A stretch of DNA of 64,000 nt from Actinomycetota bacterium. Lineage in GTDB: Bacteria > Actinomycetota > Acidimicrobiia > Actinomarinales > Actinomarinaceae. Positions 39,014 to 48,648 of the stretch are shown in pieces. A model generated the notes under the pieces. It was not told where the DNA came from. It was given only the letters and a program-made list of their open reading frames with translations, and searched no databases. The position numbers were made by a program, and so were the translations under genes. Positions within the stretch are counted from its first letter, which is position 1; each line of letters opens with the position of its first letter. The stretch covers positions 72,427 to 136,426 of the forward strand of contig JACNGE010000014.1 of assembly GCA_014384285.1 (NCBI GenBank). Reading direction: 5' to 3'.

Positions 39014-40102
39014 ATGAATAAATTAGTCACTGCTGAAACAGTCTCACCAGGGCATCCAGACAAGATAGCAGATTTAATCTCTGACTACGTTTTAACTCAA
39101 GCACTAGAAAACAACAGTTCTTCAAAAGTTGCAGTTGAAACTTTTTTAACTGGAACAAAAAATGGTGGGTTGGTACTCGTTGGAGGAGAGATTAGCGAAA
39201 TCGCAAATATCTCTACAGAAGATATTAATGACATTGTAAAAATGGCTTTAGATAAAACAATCAAAACTAGTTTTGAAGACTTTGATTTAGACAAACTTTC
39301 CATATATAACGAACTTACCCCACAATCCGAAGAAATAAGAGCGGCTGTTGAAGATGATAAAAATCAAGGAGCTGGAGATCAGGGAATCATGGTTGGTTAT
39401 GCAACCAACAGAACCAAGTCATTCATGCCTGTTACGTTTGATAAATCAAGGAATATTCAAAAAAGCTTATGGGACCTACAAAATGCTGACTCAATGCTTG
39501 ATCTCGATTCAAAAGTTCAAGTCACAAGTGGAGGTGATAAAACCAAAGTAGTTTTTTCAACACAACATCAAGTGGGTATTGATCTAGAAAATTTACACGA
39601 AAAAGTTACTGAGATTGTTTCACAACACATTTCAGAAGATTTCATTCTAGATTTAAATCCTTCAGGCTCTTTTGTAAAAGGTGGACCAGCAGGAGACACT
39701 GGTCTTACAGGCCGAAAGATTGTTGTTGACGCATATGGACCTTCAGTTCCTGTGGGAGGAGGAGCTTTTTCTGGAAAAGATCCTAGCAAAGTTGACAGGT
39801 CAGCAGCTTATGCCGCCAGACACCTATCTAAAAATATTGTTGCACACGATTTAGCTGATAGGTGCCAAGTTAGGGTTGCTTATGCGATTGGTAAAGCAGA
39901 CCCTTATGAGTTATCTGTTGACACATTTGGCACAGAAAAAAAAGAGTCAAATGTGCTCAATGATTTTATTACAAAGTTTGATATGAGACCTGCTGCAATT
40001 ATTGAGAGATTAAGTCTATTAAATGTGGACTATAGAACAGATACACTATTTTCTCATTTTGGCCATGACGATCGTAACTGGGAAAAAATAGAAAATTTCT
40101 AG
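39014..40102 (+). CDS. metK: S-adenosylmethionine synthetase
   Basis: 362 aa with the N-terminal ETVSPGHPDKIADLISD block and the C-terminal GGGAFSGKDPSKVDRSAAYAAR glycine-rich loop. Confidence 0.9.
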   Translation: MNKLVTAETVSPGHPDKIADLISDYVLTQALENNSSSKVAVETFLTGTKNGGLVLVGGEISEIANISTEDINDIVKMALDKTIKTSFEDFDLDKLSIYNELTPQSEEIRAAVEDDKNQGAGDQGIMVGYATNRTKSFMPVTFDKSRNIQKSLWDLQNADSMLDLDSKVQVTSGGDKTKVVFSTQHQVGIDLENLHEKVTEIVSQHISEDFILDLNPSGSFVKGGPAGDTGLTGRKIVVDAYGPSVPVGGGAFSGKDPSKVDRSAAYAARHLSKNIVAHDLADRCQVRVAYAIGKADPYELSVDTFGTEKKESNVLNDFITKFDMRPAAIIERLSLLNVDYRTDTLFSHFGHDDRNWEKIENF

Positions 40103-40133
40103 AAACAAATAAAAAGACTGATATAATTTAAAT

Positions 40134-40200
40134 ATACATTAAGAGAAGGTTAAGACCTCAGCAACCTGGATGACTCTCCAAGGTGCTTGAAGATGTGGCA
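40134..40200 (+). promoter_or_regulatory. SAM-riboswitch-like aptamer in the metY-metX leader
   Basis: ACATTAAGAGAAGGTTAAGACCTCAGCAACCTGGATGACTCTCCAAGGTGCTTGAAGATGTGG is a paralogue of the metK leader element. A TATAAT -10 box lies at 40122..40127 just upstream, and a CCCTCTCC anti-SD lies downstream near the GGAGA SD. Confidence 0.6.
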
Positions 40201-40249
40201 GAAATGCAACTAACTAGTCAAAACCCTCTCCAACTTAAAGGAGAAACAT

Positions 40250-41530
40250 ATGAAATACGAATCAAAACTACTACATGCAGGTTGGGATTCTGATGCTGAT
40301 TCAGAGGGCTCAATTACCGTGCCAATTTATAAAACTACAGCTTATCAATTTAATAATACTGAGCACGCTGCAAACTTGTTTGGATTAAAAGAATTTGGAA
40401 ACATTTACTCTAGACTTGGAAACCCAACAGTTGGGGCTCTTGAAGCTAGATTAACTGCTTTAGAGGATGGAGCAATGTGTGTGGCATTAGCATCTGGGAC
40501 ATCTGCCGTAATGTATTCATTAATTAATATTATGAGCCAGGGTGACAACTTTGTTACAGCTAGTCAACTATATGGTGGAACATACACAATGTTTGATAAT
40601 ATTTTGCCAGAGTATGGAATTAATGCAAAAAAAGTAGATATAACTGATCTAAAAGCTGTTGAAGATCAAATAGATGAAAAGACAAGAGCAGTCTACTGTG
40701 AGACAGTAACTAACCCAGGACTTGTAGTTGCAGATGTATCAGCACTTTCAGAAATCGCACACAAACATGGCATACCTTTGATTGTTGATGCAACATTTAC
40801 AACATCTGCCCTTCAAAAGTCTTTTGATTTTGGAGCAGATATTGTTGTATATTCACTTACAAAGTGGATGTCAGGTCACGGAAGAGTTATAGCAGGAGCC
40901 GTGATAGAAAAAGGTGGTTTCGATTGGGGAAATGGAAACTTTCCACTTTATGACAAACCAGATACTAGCTATGGCGGCATGCGCTGGGGCCATGATCTTG
41001 GTGACCTTAGTAATGTCGCATATTCTTTAAGGTTAAGAACAGTTCCGCTTAGAAACTTAGGAGCCAATATGTCACCTGACACCGCTTTTGAAGTTATGTC
41101 AGGACTTGAAACCCTTAGTCTAAGAATGGAAAGACATTGTAGTAATGCAAATAAAGCTGCAGAGTTTTTATCCAACCATGACTTAGTTGAATGGGTCAGG
41201 TTTCCCGGACTAAAGGATGATCCATCACATGAATTATCCAAAAAATATCTTAACGGTACTGGTGGAACTATGGTTGTTTTTGGTATCAAGGGTGGAAAAG
41301 AGGCTGGTCAAAAGTTTATCGATAACCTTAAGATGTTTAGACACGTAGCGAATGTTGGAGATACTAGATCATTAGCAATACATCCTGCTACTACAACTCA
41401 TTCTCAATTAGATGATGAGGCTTTAGTAGCCGCAGGGTCACCGCCAGAACTAGTTAGACTATCTATAGGTATTGAAAACATAGAAGATATTATTGAAGAT
41501 CTTTCGCAGGCACTTGAAAGTTCAAAATAG
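40250..41530 (+). CDS. metY: O-acetylhomoserine aminocarboxypropyltransferase (O-acetylhomoserine sulfhydrylase)
   Basis: 426 aa PLP-dependent Cys/Met metabolism family enzyme with the SLTKWMSGHG PLP-lysine motif. Confidence 0.9.
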   Translation: MKYESKLLHAGWDSDADSEGSITVPIYKTTAYQFNNTEHAANLFGLKEFGNIYSRLGNPTVGALEARLTALEDGAMCVALASGTSAVMYSLINIMSQGDNFVTASQLYGGTYTMFDNILPEYGINAKKVDITDLKAVEDQIDEKTRAVYCETVTNPGLVVADVSALSEIAHKHGIPLIVDATFTTSALQKSFDFGADIVVYSLTKWMSGHGRVIAGAVIEKGGFDWGNGNFPLYDKPDTSYGGMRWGHDLGDLSNVAYSLRLRTVPLRNLGANMSPDTAFEVMSGLETLSLRMERHCSNANKAAEFLSNHDLVEWVRFPGLKDDPSHELSKKYLNGTGGTMVVFGIKGGKEAGQKFIDNLKMFRHVANVGDTRSLAIHPATTTHSQLDDEALVAAGSPPELVRLSIGIENIEDIIEDLSQALESSK

Positions 41531-42599
41531 CAATTTATCACTACTCCAGATTGAACAATTTAAATTAGAATCTGGACTAATTTTAGATGAAGTTGAAATA
41601 GCCTATACAACGTATGGGCAACTTTCAAAATCTGGAGATAATGCAATTCTTGTTTTCCATGCCCTAACCGGAAGCCATCTACTTGCGGGAGAATACGAAC
41701 AATTTGATGATTCAAATCTTCCATGGAATGATGAACTAGAACTTGGTTGGTGGGATGACTTTGTTGGTCCCAACAGAGCCATTGATACAAGTAAATATTT
41801 CGTTATATGTGCAAATTATCTTGGTGGTTGTTATGGGTCCACGGGACCAAATTCTGGGCAATTTTATCCAGGAAAAGAATTTCCAGAAATAGATTTTAAA
41901 GATATTGAGAACACACAAAAAAAATTAGTTGAACATCTAGGCGTTAAATCATTACATGCTGTGGTAGGACCTTCAATTGGAGGACTGATGGCTCTGGAGT
42001 TTGCTGCTAGATTTCCTAATTTTGTTAAAAAAATTATTTCAATTTCTAGTGGATTTGAAATTTCTACATTGCAACTACTGCACAATCTTGAGCAGGCTTA
42101 TGTATTGAACTTAGGAAAAAATTCTGAGGAAAGAAAAAAAGAGTATCTAGCTCTGGCAAGAATGATTGCGCACAAAACGTATATTTCACTTGAACTTCTT
42201 GCAAACAGAGCAAAAGAAGAAACTAAATACAAACCCGAGCATTTAGATGGATTTATAAAAACCTCTGAGGAATCATATATGATGCACCAAGGCGAAAAAT
42301 TTATAGAAAGATTTACAATTGAATCATATTTATCAATAATACGTGGATGGCAAAATTTCAAGTTGCCTGAAAGTCTGCTTCCAAACTTGTCATCTACTGA
42401 CGTATTAATTTTAAGTGTTGACTCAGATGTATGTTTCTACCCCGAGCAACAAACCCGATTATCTAAAATTTTGAGTCAAAATGGTTGTACGGTAAAAATT
42501 GAGCATTTGCATTCTGAAAAAGGTCACGATAGTTTTTTGTTAGAACCTAATATATACGAGTATCCAATTAAAACCTTTCTAGAATCTCGCGAAAAATAA
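41493..42599 (+). CDS. metX: Homoserine O-acetyltransferase
   Basis: 368 aa alpha/beta hydrolase with the GPSIGG nucleophile elbow. The annotated TTG start overlaps metY by 38 nt, so the start is uncertain. Confidence 0.85.
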   Translation: MKIFRRHLKVQNSNLSLLQIEQFKLESGLILDEVEIAYTTYGQLSKSGDNAILVFHALTGSHLLAGEYEQFDDSNLPWNDELELGWWDDFVGPNRAIDTSKYFVICANYLGGCYGSTGPNSGQFYPGKEFPEIDFKDIENTQKKLVEHLGVKSLHAVVGPSIGGLMALEFAARFPNFVKKIISISSGFEISTLQLLHNLEQAYVLNLGKNSEERKKEYLALARMIAHKTYISLELLANRAKEETKYKPEHLDGFIKTSEESYMMHQGEKFIERFTIESYLSIIRGWQNFKLPESLLPNLSSTDVLILSVDSDVCFYPEQQTRLSKILSQNGCTVKIEHLHSEKGHDSFLLEPNIYEYPIKTFLESREK

Positions 42600-42747
42600 G
42601 TTTATTTTTTTTTGTATTTCTTTATTCGAGAAGCTATTTTTATATAACTATCTGAAAAGAAATCGCAAGATTGAAAAGAAGATAGTAAGAAAGTCCCAGA
42701 AGGTCGCAAGATCAACTGGGATTTTCAATTTTAGGACTGAAATTATT

Positions 42748-42819
42748 GCCGAGGTAGCTTAGTGGTAGAGCAGCTCACTCGTAATGAGCAGGTCGAGGGT
42801 TCAATTCCCTCCTTCGGCT
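42748..42819 (+). tRNA. tRNA-Thr (anticodon CGU)
   Basis: Cloverleaf GCCGAGG-TA-GCTT-AGTGGTA-GAGC-A-GCTCA-CTCGTAA-TGAGC-AGGTC-GAGGG-TTCAATT-CCCTC-CTTCGGC-T. The anticodon loop CUCGUAA gives anticodon CGU, and the 3' CCA is not fully encoded. Confidence 0.9.
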
Positions 42820-42874
42820 CAAAATAACTTTGAAATTTAATCGTATTTCACAAATAATTAACTAGTCTTTTTAT

Positions 42875-43135
42875 GTGAAAAAATTAATTATGTATATAAG
42901 TGTTTGGAGCTTAATTTTTCCTGCAACAGCTTTGGCAGACAATCACAACAGTGAAAATGAATTACCTATTCCAGCAATAGTAATTGAAGAGGAAATTGAA
43001 GAACCTGAAGATCCTGCATGGACTTACAAGTTCCTTATTCCAACATCAGTTGCTATAGCTACTTTGGTAATTCTTGGAAATGTAGTTCAATATTTTAGAC
43101 AGGTCACCAGAACAAGATATAAGGTTAAAGAATAG
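42875..43135 (+). CDS. Small hypothetical protein (signal peptide, acidic middle, C-terminal TM)
   Basis: 86 aa with an N-terminal hydrophobic signal (MYISVWSLIFPATALA), an acidic EEEIEEPEDP stretch and a C-terminal TM followed by a basic tail. It has no recognisable family and could be spurious. Confidence 0.3.
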   Translation: MKKLIMYISVWSLIFPATALADNHNSENELPIPAIVIEEEIEEPEDPAWTYKFLIPTSVAIATLVILGNVVQYFRQVTRTRYKVKE

Positions 43136-43156
43136 TAAAAATATTCCTAGTGATGA

Positions 43157-44425
43157 ATGTCTAATCAAATCGAAGAAAAATTTTTATTAAACATTGATAT
43201 TGAAAAAAAATATGTCATAGCTTTAAGTGGTGGGGTTGATAGTGCGGTACTTGCTCATCTAGCAAAAAAGTATTGTAAAAATGTTAGAACATTATTTGTA
43301 AATCACAATCAGAAACATTCAAACGAACTTGAATCTCAGGCAGAACACATAGCTAGTGAATTTAATCTTGAATTTGTCTCCTTGCAAACTTCACTTGAGC
43401 CAAATTCATCTGAAACACAGATGAGAAATATTAGAATTAATGAATTATATTTAAATATTGAAGAGGATGAATATCTTCTATTTGGACACACGCTTTCGGA
43501 TAAAGTTGAAACATTTTTTTTAAATATATTCAGAGGCACCCACTTACAAGGATTAAAGTCTACGCCTCATAGGGTCAACAGGACACTAAGACCTCTATTG
43601 GATGTCTCAAAAGAAGAAGTAATTGCTTACGCTGAAATTAATAAAATTGAATATTTAAATGATGAAACTAACTTTAATCAAGAAATAAATAGAAACTGGA
43701 TAAGAAATAATATTTTCAAAGAAGTACAGGAAAGATTTACTGGCTCACTTGAAGAAAAAGTTAAACAAATTATTTCAGAAGTGGAGTATTTACTTCCTCA
43801 GAATATACCAATATTAAAATTTGTTAAGCTAAGCAAAGGCTATATAGAGCTTCCAATTTCAATGATAAATTTTAAGAATCCGGAACTACTTTCTTTGTTT
43901 TCATTAATTGGAAAAGCCATTGGCCTATCAGGAATGGAATCAAAAGATCTTGAGAAAATAAAAGAAGTGATTAGAACAGGCAAGCAGACAAGTTTTACTA
44001 GTGAGTGGTATTGTATAAAGTCTTCTTCACTTTTAATTTTTATCAATAAAAAATTGTGGGTTGAACAAAAAAAACAACATGAATTTAATTATGGATACCT
44101 TAACTTGTCTAAACATCCTAGTGTGCCATTTTATAATAATTGGAATATCGCAGTTCCCACGCAGGAGGAGAGAATTTTAACAAGAACACTTAAAAACGGT
44201 GACAAAATACAAATCAACGACAGTAACCAGAAAGTATCTGAAGTAATGAGGTCCTTCGGCATCAGAGGATTAATGAGAGAAGTCTGGCCGGTTGTACTAT
44301 TAGAGAACGAAATTATTTGGATTCCCGGTATTAGAAAATCTGATAAGGCTCTTGACTTTCAAAAAAATGATTTTTCACATATAATTGTTGCTTCAGTGCA
44401 AAAGGATAAATTTGAAAGTTACTAG
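43157..44425 (+). CDS. tilS: tRNA(Ile)-lysidine synthetase
   Basis: 422 aa with an N-terminal PP-loop ATPase motif (LSGGVDS). Confidence 0.85.
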   Translation: MSNQIEEKFLLNIDIEKKYVIALSGGVDSAVLAHLAKKYCKNVRTLFVNHNQKHSNELESQAEHIASEFNLEFVSLQTSLEPNSSETQMRNIRINELYLNIEEDEYLLFGHTLSDKVETFFLNIFRGTHLQGLKSTPHRVNRTLRPLLDVSKEEVIAYAEINKIEYLNDETNFNQEINRNWIRNNIFKEVQERFTGSLEEKVKQIISEVEYLLPQNIPILKFVKLSKGYIELPISMINFKNPELLSLFSLIGKAIGLSGMESKDLEKIKEVIRTGKQTSFTSEWYCIKSSSLLIFINKKLWVEQKKQHEFNYGYLNLSKHPSVPFYNNWNIAVPTQEERILTRTLKNGDKIQINDSNQKVSEVMRSFGIRGLMREVWPVVLLENEIIWIPGIRKSDKALDFQKNDFSHIIVASVQKDKFESY

Positions 44426-44924
44426 AGAATTAATTTCTGCGGAAAAAATACAAGATAAAATACAAGAACTTGCAGATCTAATTAATAAAGACTACCAAAA
44501 TGATGAAGTAATTATTTTAGGGATTTTAAAAGGATCTTTCATTACATTATCTGATCTTGCTAAGAATTTAAAGGTAGATGTCACTTTTGAATTCATGAGT
44601 ATTTCTTCCTATGAAGGGTCTGAATCTACTGGGCAAGTTAAGATTGAAAAAGATTTAGACATAGACATAACAGGTAAGAATATTTTAGTTGTAGAAGATA
44701 TTTTTGACACTGGCCTTACGCTCTCCTCCTTACTTGAAGTTTTAAAATCAAGAAATCCCAAAAGTGTCGAAATCTTATGTACATTTATTAAAGAAGACAA
44801 GCAACAAATTCCAATAGACATAAAATATAAAGGTTTCACTATCGGTCCAGAATTTGTTGTTGGGTATGGCCTAGATTACAACGGTAAATATAGAGAGCTT
44901 CCATACTTAGGTGTACTTTCTTAG
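44385..44924 (+). CDS. hpt: Hypoxanthine-guanine phosphoribosyltransferase
   Basis: About 170-179 aa with the PRTase PRPP-binding motif (LVVEDIFDTGLTL). The true start is probably a TTG or GTG a few codons inside the ORF-track start, which overlaps tilS. Confidence 0.85.
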   Translation: MLLQCKRINLKVTRELISAEKIQDKIQELADLINKDYQNDEVIILGILKGSFITLSDLAKNLKVDVTFEFMSISSYEGSESTGQVKIEKDLDIDITGKNILVVEDIFDTGLTLSSLLEVLKSRNPKSVEILCTFIKEDKQQIPIDIKYKGFTIGPEFVVGYGLDYNGKYRELPYLGVLS

Positions 44925-44969
44925 ATTTCGCAATTACTTTTAAACGTGTCAGTATTAAATTAGTTAATA

Positions 44970-46823
44970 ATGGAAAATAAAGAAAAAAATAAAAACAGAC
45001 CATTTTTTTTATATGCTGCTTTAGGCTTATTAATTTTTCTCGGCGTACAACAATATAACGAAAACATCAATGCCCCAGAACAAGTCTCTTTTTCAGAATT
45101 TAAATCGCTAATTAATGAAAAGCAAATAGTTAAAGCAATAATTAAAGAGCAGTCCAATACATTACATTTTGAAGTAAAAGAGAAAACGGAAGTTTTTAAG
45201 ACTGAATATCCTGAAGGATTTGAAGGTGAAATATTTCAGTTACTTATAAATGAAGACATTGAACTAAGCACAGATACAGAACCAGCTGGATTTCAAGAGT
45301 ATTTCATAGCATTTCTTCCATGGCTTTTTCTTGCAGGATTTATGTTCTATATGTTTTCTCAAGTTAGAACTAACGGAAATCAGATTATGCAGTTTGGCAA
45401 ATCCAAAGCAAAAGAAATGGATGAAGAAGCTCCAAAAGTTACTTTCAAAGATGTTGCAGGGGCAGAGGAAGCAAAAGAAGAACTAGAGGAAATAAAAGAG
45501 TTCCTCAAATCTCCAGAAAAATTTAATAACCTAGGTGCAAAGATTCCAAAAGGAGTACTTCTAGTTGGCCCTCCAGGAACAGGAAAGACTTTACTCGCAA
45601 GAGCTGTAGCTGGTGAGTCTAATGTGCCATTCTTTAGCATTTCTGGGTCTGACTTTGTAGAAATGTTTGTTGGAGTTGGAGCAAGTAGAGTAAGAGACCT
45701 ATTTAAAAAAGCAAAAGATTCTTCTCCTGCAATTATTTTTATTGATGAAATTGATGCAGTTGGAAGAATGCGTGGAGCAGGTCTTGGAGGAGGGCATGAC
45801 GAGCGAGAGCAAACTTTAAATCAACTTCTTGTAGAAATGGATGGATTTGAATCTAACCAGGGAGTAATACTTATGGCTGCTACAAATAGACCAGATGTTT
45901 TAGATCCAGCATTATTGAGACCCGGAAGGTTCGATAGGCAAGTTATTGTTGATAGACCAGATCTTGAAGGAAGGACACAAATTCTAAAAGTTCATTCAAA
46001 AGACAAACCATTAGCAAAAAATATAGACCTAAAGACAATTGCTAAACAAACACCTGGATTTACAGGTGCAGACTTAGCAAACTTATTGAATGAATCTGCT
46101 TTATTAGCTGCTAGAAAAGACAAAAAGACTATATCAAACTTAGATATAGAAAATTCTATTGATAGAGTGTTAGCTGGTCCAGAGAAAAAAAGTAGACTAA
46201 TGAGCGATGATGAAAAGTTAATCATTGCTTATCATGAAACTGGTCATGCTTTGGTTGGGTGGGCATTGCCAAATGCAGATACTATCCACAAAGTTACAAT
46301 TATCCCAAGAGGTAGAGCATTGGGGTACACTCAAGCCCTCCCTGATTCTGAAAAATATCTTTCTTCAAAAGCAGAGTTAAAAGATAGATTAGCAATGTTG
46401 ATGGGTGGGAGAGTTGCAGAAGAGTTAATTTTTAAAGACCCAACAACAGGTGCATCCAATGACATTGAAAAAGCTACTGATATTGCAAGAAAAATGGTCA
46501 TGGAATTTGGAATGAGTGAAAAACTCGGCCCAATGTTATTCGGCAAGGGTTCAAATGAAGTTTTTCTTGGAAGGGATTACGGAAGACAACAAGATTATTC
46601 TGATGAAGTTGCTTCAGCAATAGATGAAGAGGTAAAAGTACTTCTTAATGATGCACATGCGATAGCGGGTAAAATTCTTAGAAAATTTAAGAAGCAAATG
46701 GATTCTATGGTTGAAGTCTTAATGGATAAAGAAACTATTGACAAAGAAGAGGTGTCAAGAATTTTTAAATCTATAAAAAAAGTGAAAATACAGGGTTCTG
46801 GCAAGACTCTCAAGTTGGCATAG
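44970..46823 (+). CDS. ftsH: ATP-dependent zinc metalloprotease FtsH
   Basis: 617 aa with an N-terminal TM pair, an AAA+ module ([15 protein letters not shown]) and the HETGHAL zinc site. Confidence 0.95.
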   Translation: MENKEKNKNRPFFLYAALGLLIFLGVQQYNENINAPEQVSFSEFKSLINEKQIVKAIIKEQSNTLHFEVKEKTEVFKTEYPEGFEGEIFQLLINEDIELSTDTEPAGFQEYFIAFLPWLFLAGFMFYMFSQVRTNGNQIMQFGKSKAKEMDEEAPKVTFKDVAGAEEAKEELEEIKEFLKSPEKFNNLGAKIPKGVLLVGPPGTGKTLLARAVAGESNVPFFSISGSDFVEMFVGVGASRVRDLFKKAKDSSPAIIFIDEIDAVGRMRGAGLGGGHDEREQTLNQLLVEMDGFESNQGVILMAATNRPDVLDPALLRPGRFDRQVIVDRPDLEGRTQILKVHSKDKPLAKNIDLKTIAKQTPGFTGADLANLLNESALLAARKDKKTISNLDIENSIDRVLAGPEKKSRLMSDDEKLIIAYHETGHALVGWALPNADTIHKVTIIPRGRALGYTQALPDSEKYLSSKAELKDRLAMLMGGRVAEELIFKDPTTGASNDIEKATDIARKMVMEFGMSEKLGPMLFGKGSNEVFLGRDYGRQQDYSDEVASAIDEEVKVLLNDAHAIAGKILRKFKKQMDSMVEVLMDKETIDKEEVSRIFKSIKKVKIQGSGKTLKLA

Positions 46824-47383
46824 TGACAAAACTTAATAATGATCAAGAAATGTATACAAATTTATCAAACTTGATTCAAGAAACTACGAAAAAGTCTAAA
46901 GAAGAGTCGTTAGCCATTTCACAAAAATTTACTAAAGAAATAGAAAAAAAGCTCTCAAAAAATTTATCTGACTTAACAGAAATATTTTCGAGTCTTGATG
47001 ATGTTACCCACAGTCAGCCAATATATTTAAGTAACATTCCATTCGTAAGTTTATGTGAACATCATTTACTTCCTTTCTTTGGTTCTTTTGACATCGCTGT
47101 ATTTCCAAAAAATAAAATTGCTGGTATTTCTAAATTTAGCGATTTAATTTATTATCTATCGAATGACCTAACTCTTCAGGAGAAGATTACGCAAATGGTA
47201 GCTGAGATTATTCAAGAAGAATTAAACCCAGAGGGTGTTTTAACAAGAGTAACTGCAAAGCATCTTTGTGCAGATTTAATGAATCCTAAAAGTTCTATTT
47301 CAGACGTTATCACAACTTTTAGCACAGGAGTTTACGAGTTAGATTACTCACTCAGATCAGAAGCACTTACGAATTTCAAGTAA
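46823..47383 (+). CDS. folE: GTP cyclohydrolase I
   Basis: 186 aa with the SLCEHHLLPF zinc/active-site motif. Confidence 0.9.
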   Translation: MTKLNNDQEMYTNLSNLIQETTKKSKEESLAISQKFTKEIEKKLSKNLSDLTEIFSSLDDVTHSQPIYLSNIPFVSLCEHHLLPFFGSFDIAVFPKNKIAGISKFSDLIYYLSNDLTLQEKITQMVAEIIQEELNPEGVLTRVTAKHLCADLMNPKSSISDVITTFSTGVYELDYSLRSEALTNFK

Positions 47384-47384
47384 G

Positions 47385-48128
47385 TTGTTTTCCTGGGATA
47401 AATTTTTAAAAAATCTTTCTAACAATTTACTTGGAATAGTAAATATCACTAGTGATTCATTCAGTGGTGATGGGTTGCTCAACAAAGTAGACACCATTCC
47501 CAAAGTGTTTGAATCAGCATCAAAAAGGGATATAAAGTTTCTCGATATTGGCTGTATGTCTACAAAACCAAACTTCACCATGATAGAGACAGAGCAGGAA
47601 GTTTCAAGATTAAATACATTCGTACAATCTAAAAATGATACATTTCATTATTCAATAGACTCATTTAACCCAATCGTTGCTGAGGAAGCCCTAAAAAATA
47701 ATTTTATCGTTGTGAATGATGTTTCAGGTTCTAGAAATGAAAATTTGATGGATATTATTAAGAAGTATTCATCAGGGTTAATCATTTGCCACAGGAGTCA
47801 CAAATCCTCTTTCTTGCATGAAAAAATAGAGTATAAAGATGTCGTAAAGGAGGTTAAGGAAGATCTGAAAAGACAAGTTGATTATGTGTTGAGCAAAGGC
47901 ATCAGGAAAGAACAGATAGCTATTGATCCGGGATTAGGTTTTGGGAAAACTCAAGAACAATCTGCAAAACTCTTAGACTCTATTGACCAGTTTGTAGGAG
48001 GGTATCCATTAGTAGTTGGATATTCAAAGAAAAAGTTTACAAAATTACTAAAAGCCTCTGACCAAGAATTATTTACTTACTGTGAAAAACAGGGAGTATC
48101 TTTGATCAGGACCCACTTCATTGATTAA
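47385..48128 (+). CDS. folP: Dihydropteroate synthase
   Basis: 247 aa pterin-binding TIM barrel with an N-terminal GIVNITSDSFSGDG motif. Confidence 0.85.
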   Translation: MFSWDKFLKNLSNNLLGIVNITSDSFSGDGLLNKVDTIPKVFESASKRDIKFLDIGCMSTKPNFTMIETEQEVSRLNTFVQSKNDTFHYSIDSFNPIVAEEALKNNFIVVNDVSGSRNENLMDIIKKYSSGLIICHRSHKSSFLHEKIEYKDVVKEVKEDLKRQVDYVLSKGIRKEQIAIDPGLGFGKTQEQSAKLLDSIDQFVGGYPLVVGYSKKKFTKLLKASDQELFTYCEKQGVSLIRTHFID

Positions 48129-48174
48129 AAAATTTGTTAAACTACTATGGTTTAACACCTAGGAAAGGCTAAAA

Positions 48175-48645
48175 ATGGCAGGACTAAAACCGAACGATTT
48201 TCACTGGATAATCGAAGGAAAATTAGCTGTATCTGAATGTATAGGCGGTGGAGGTTTAACCTCGAGAAAAATTAGAAGAGAAGAAGAAGTTCAGTGGTTG
48301 AAAAGTAACGGCATCAATTCAATTTTTTCGTTACTTGAAACAGATTTTAATTTAACAAATTATCAAGAAGTAGGATTTAGAACCTATCATTTTCCATTAG
48401 GAGAAAATCCTCCAGTAGAATCAATCACAGTCATTTTTGAAGCTATAAAAGAAGCACTTTCTGACAAAGAAAGAAAGCTTCTGATTCATAGAGAGTATCT
48501 TGATGAGGAAGTACCCGGTATTTTGGCTGGATATTTGATTTATTCAAAGCTTTTAGATGACCCTATTTTTTCTAGGACAATTCTTGAACGTATTTTAGGC
48601 AAACCTCTTTCACCAAAAGCGATAGCTTTAATCCCTACTGCTTAA
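48175..48645 (+). CDS. Dual-specificity-phosphatase-fold protein lacking the catalytic Cys/Arg (DUSP23-like pseudophosphatase)
   Basis: 156 aa collinear with DUSP23-type phosphatases (NDFHWIIEGKLAVS..GINSIFSLLE..HFPLGENPP). The CX5R P-loop position reads IHREYLDEEVPG, so both the Cys nucleophile and the Arg are missing. Confidence 0.4.
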   Translation: MAGLKPNDFHWIIEGKLAVSECIGGGGLTSRKIRREEEVQWLKSNGINSIFSLLETDFNLTNYQEVGFRTYHFPLGENPPVESITVIFEAIKEALSDKERKLLIHREYLDEEVPGILAGYLIYSKLLDDPIFSRTILERILGKPLSPKAIALIPTA

Positions 48646-48648
48646 TAC

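Noticed and set aside
40103-40133. Small palindrome TAGAAAATTTCTA after metK as a terminator
   Set aside because: The 6-bp AT-only stem with a 1-nt loop is too weak, and the sequence is better explained as a promoter spacer for the TATAAT box at 40122..40127.
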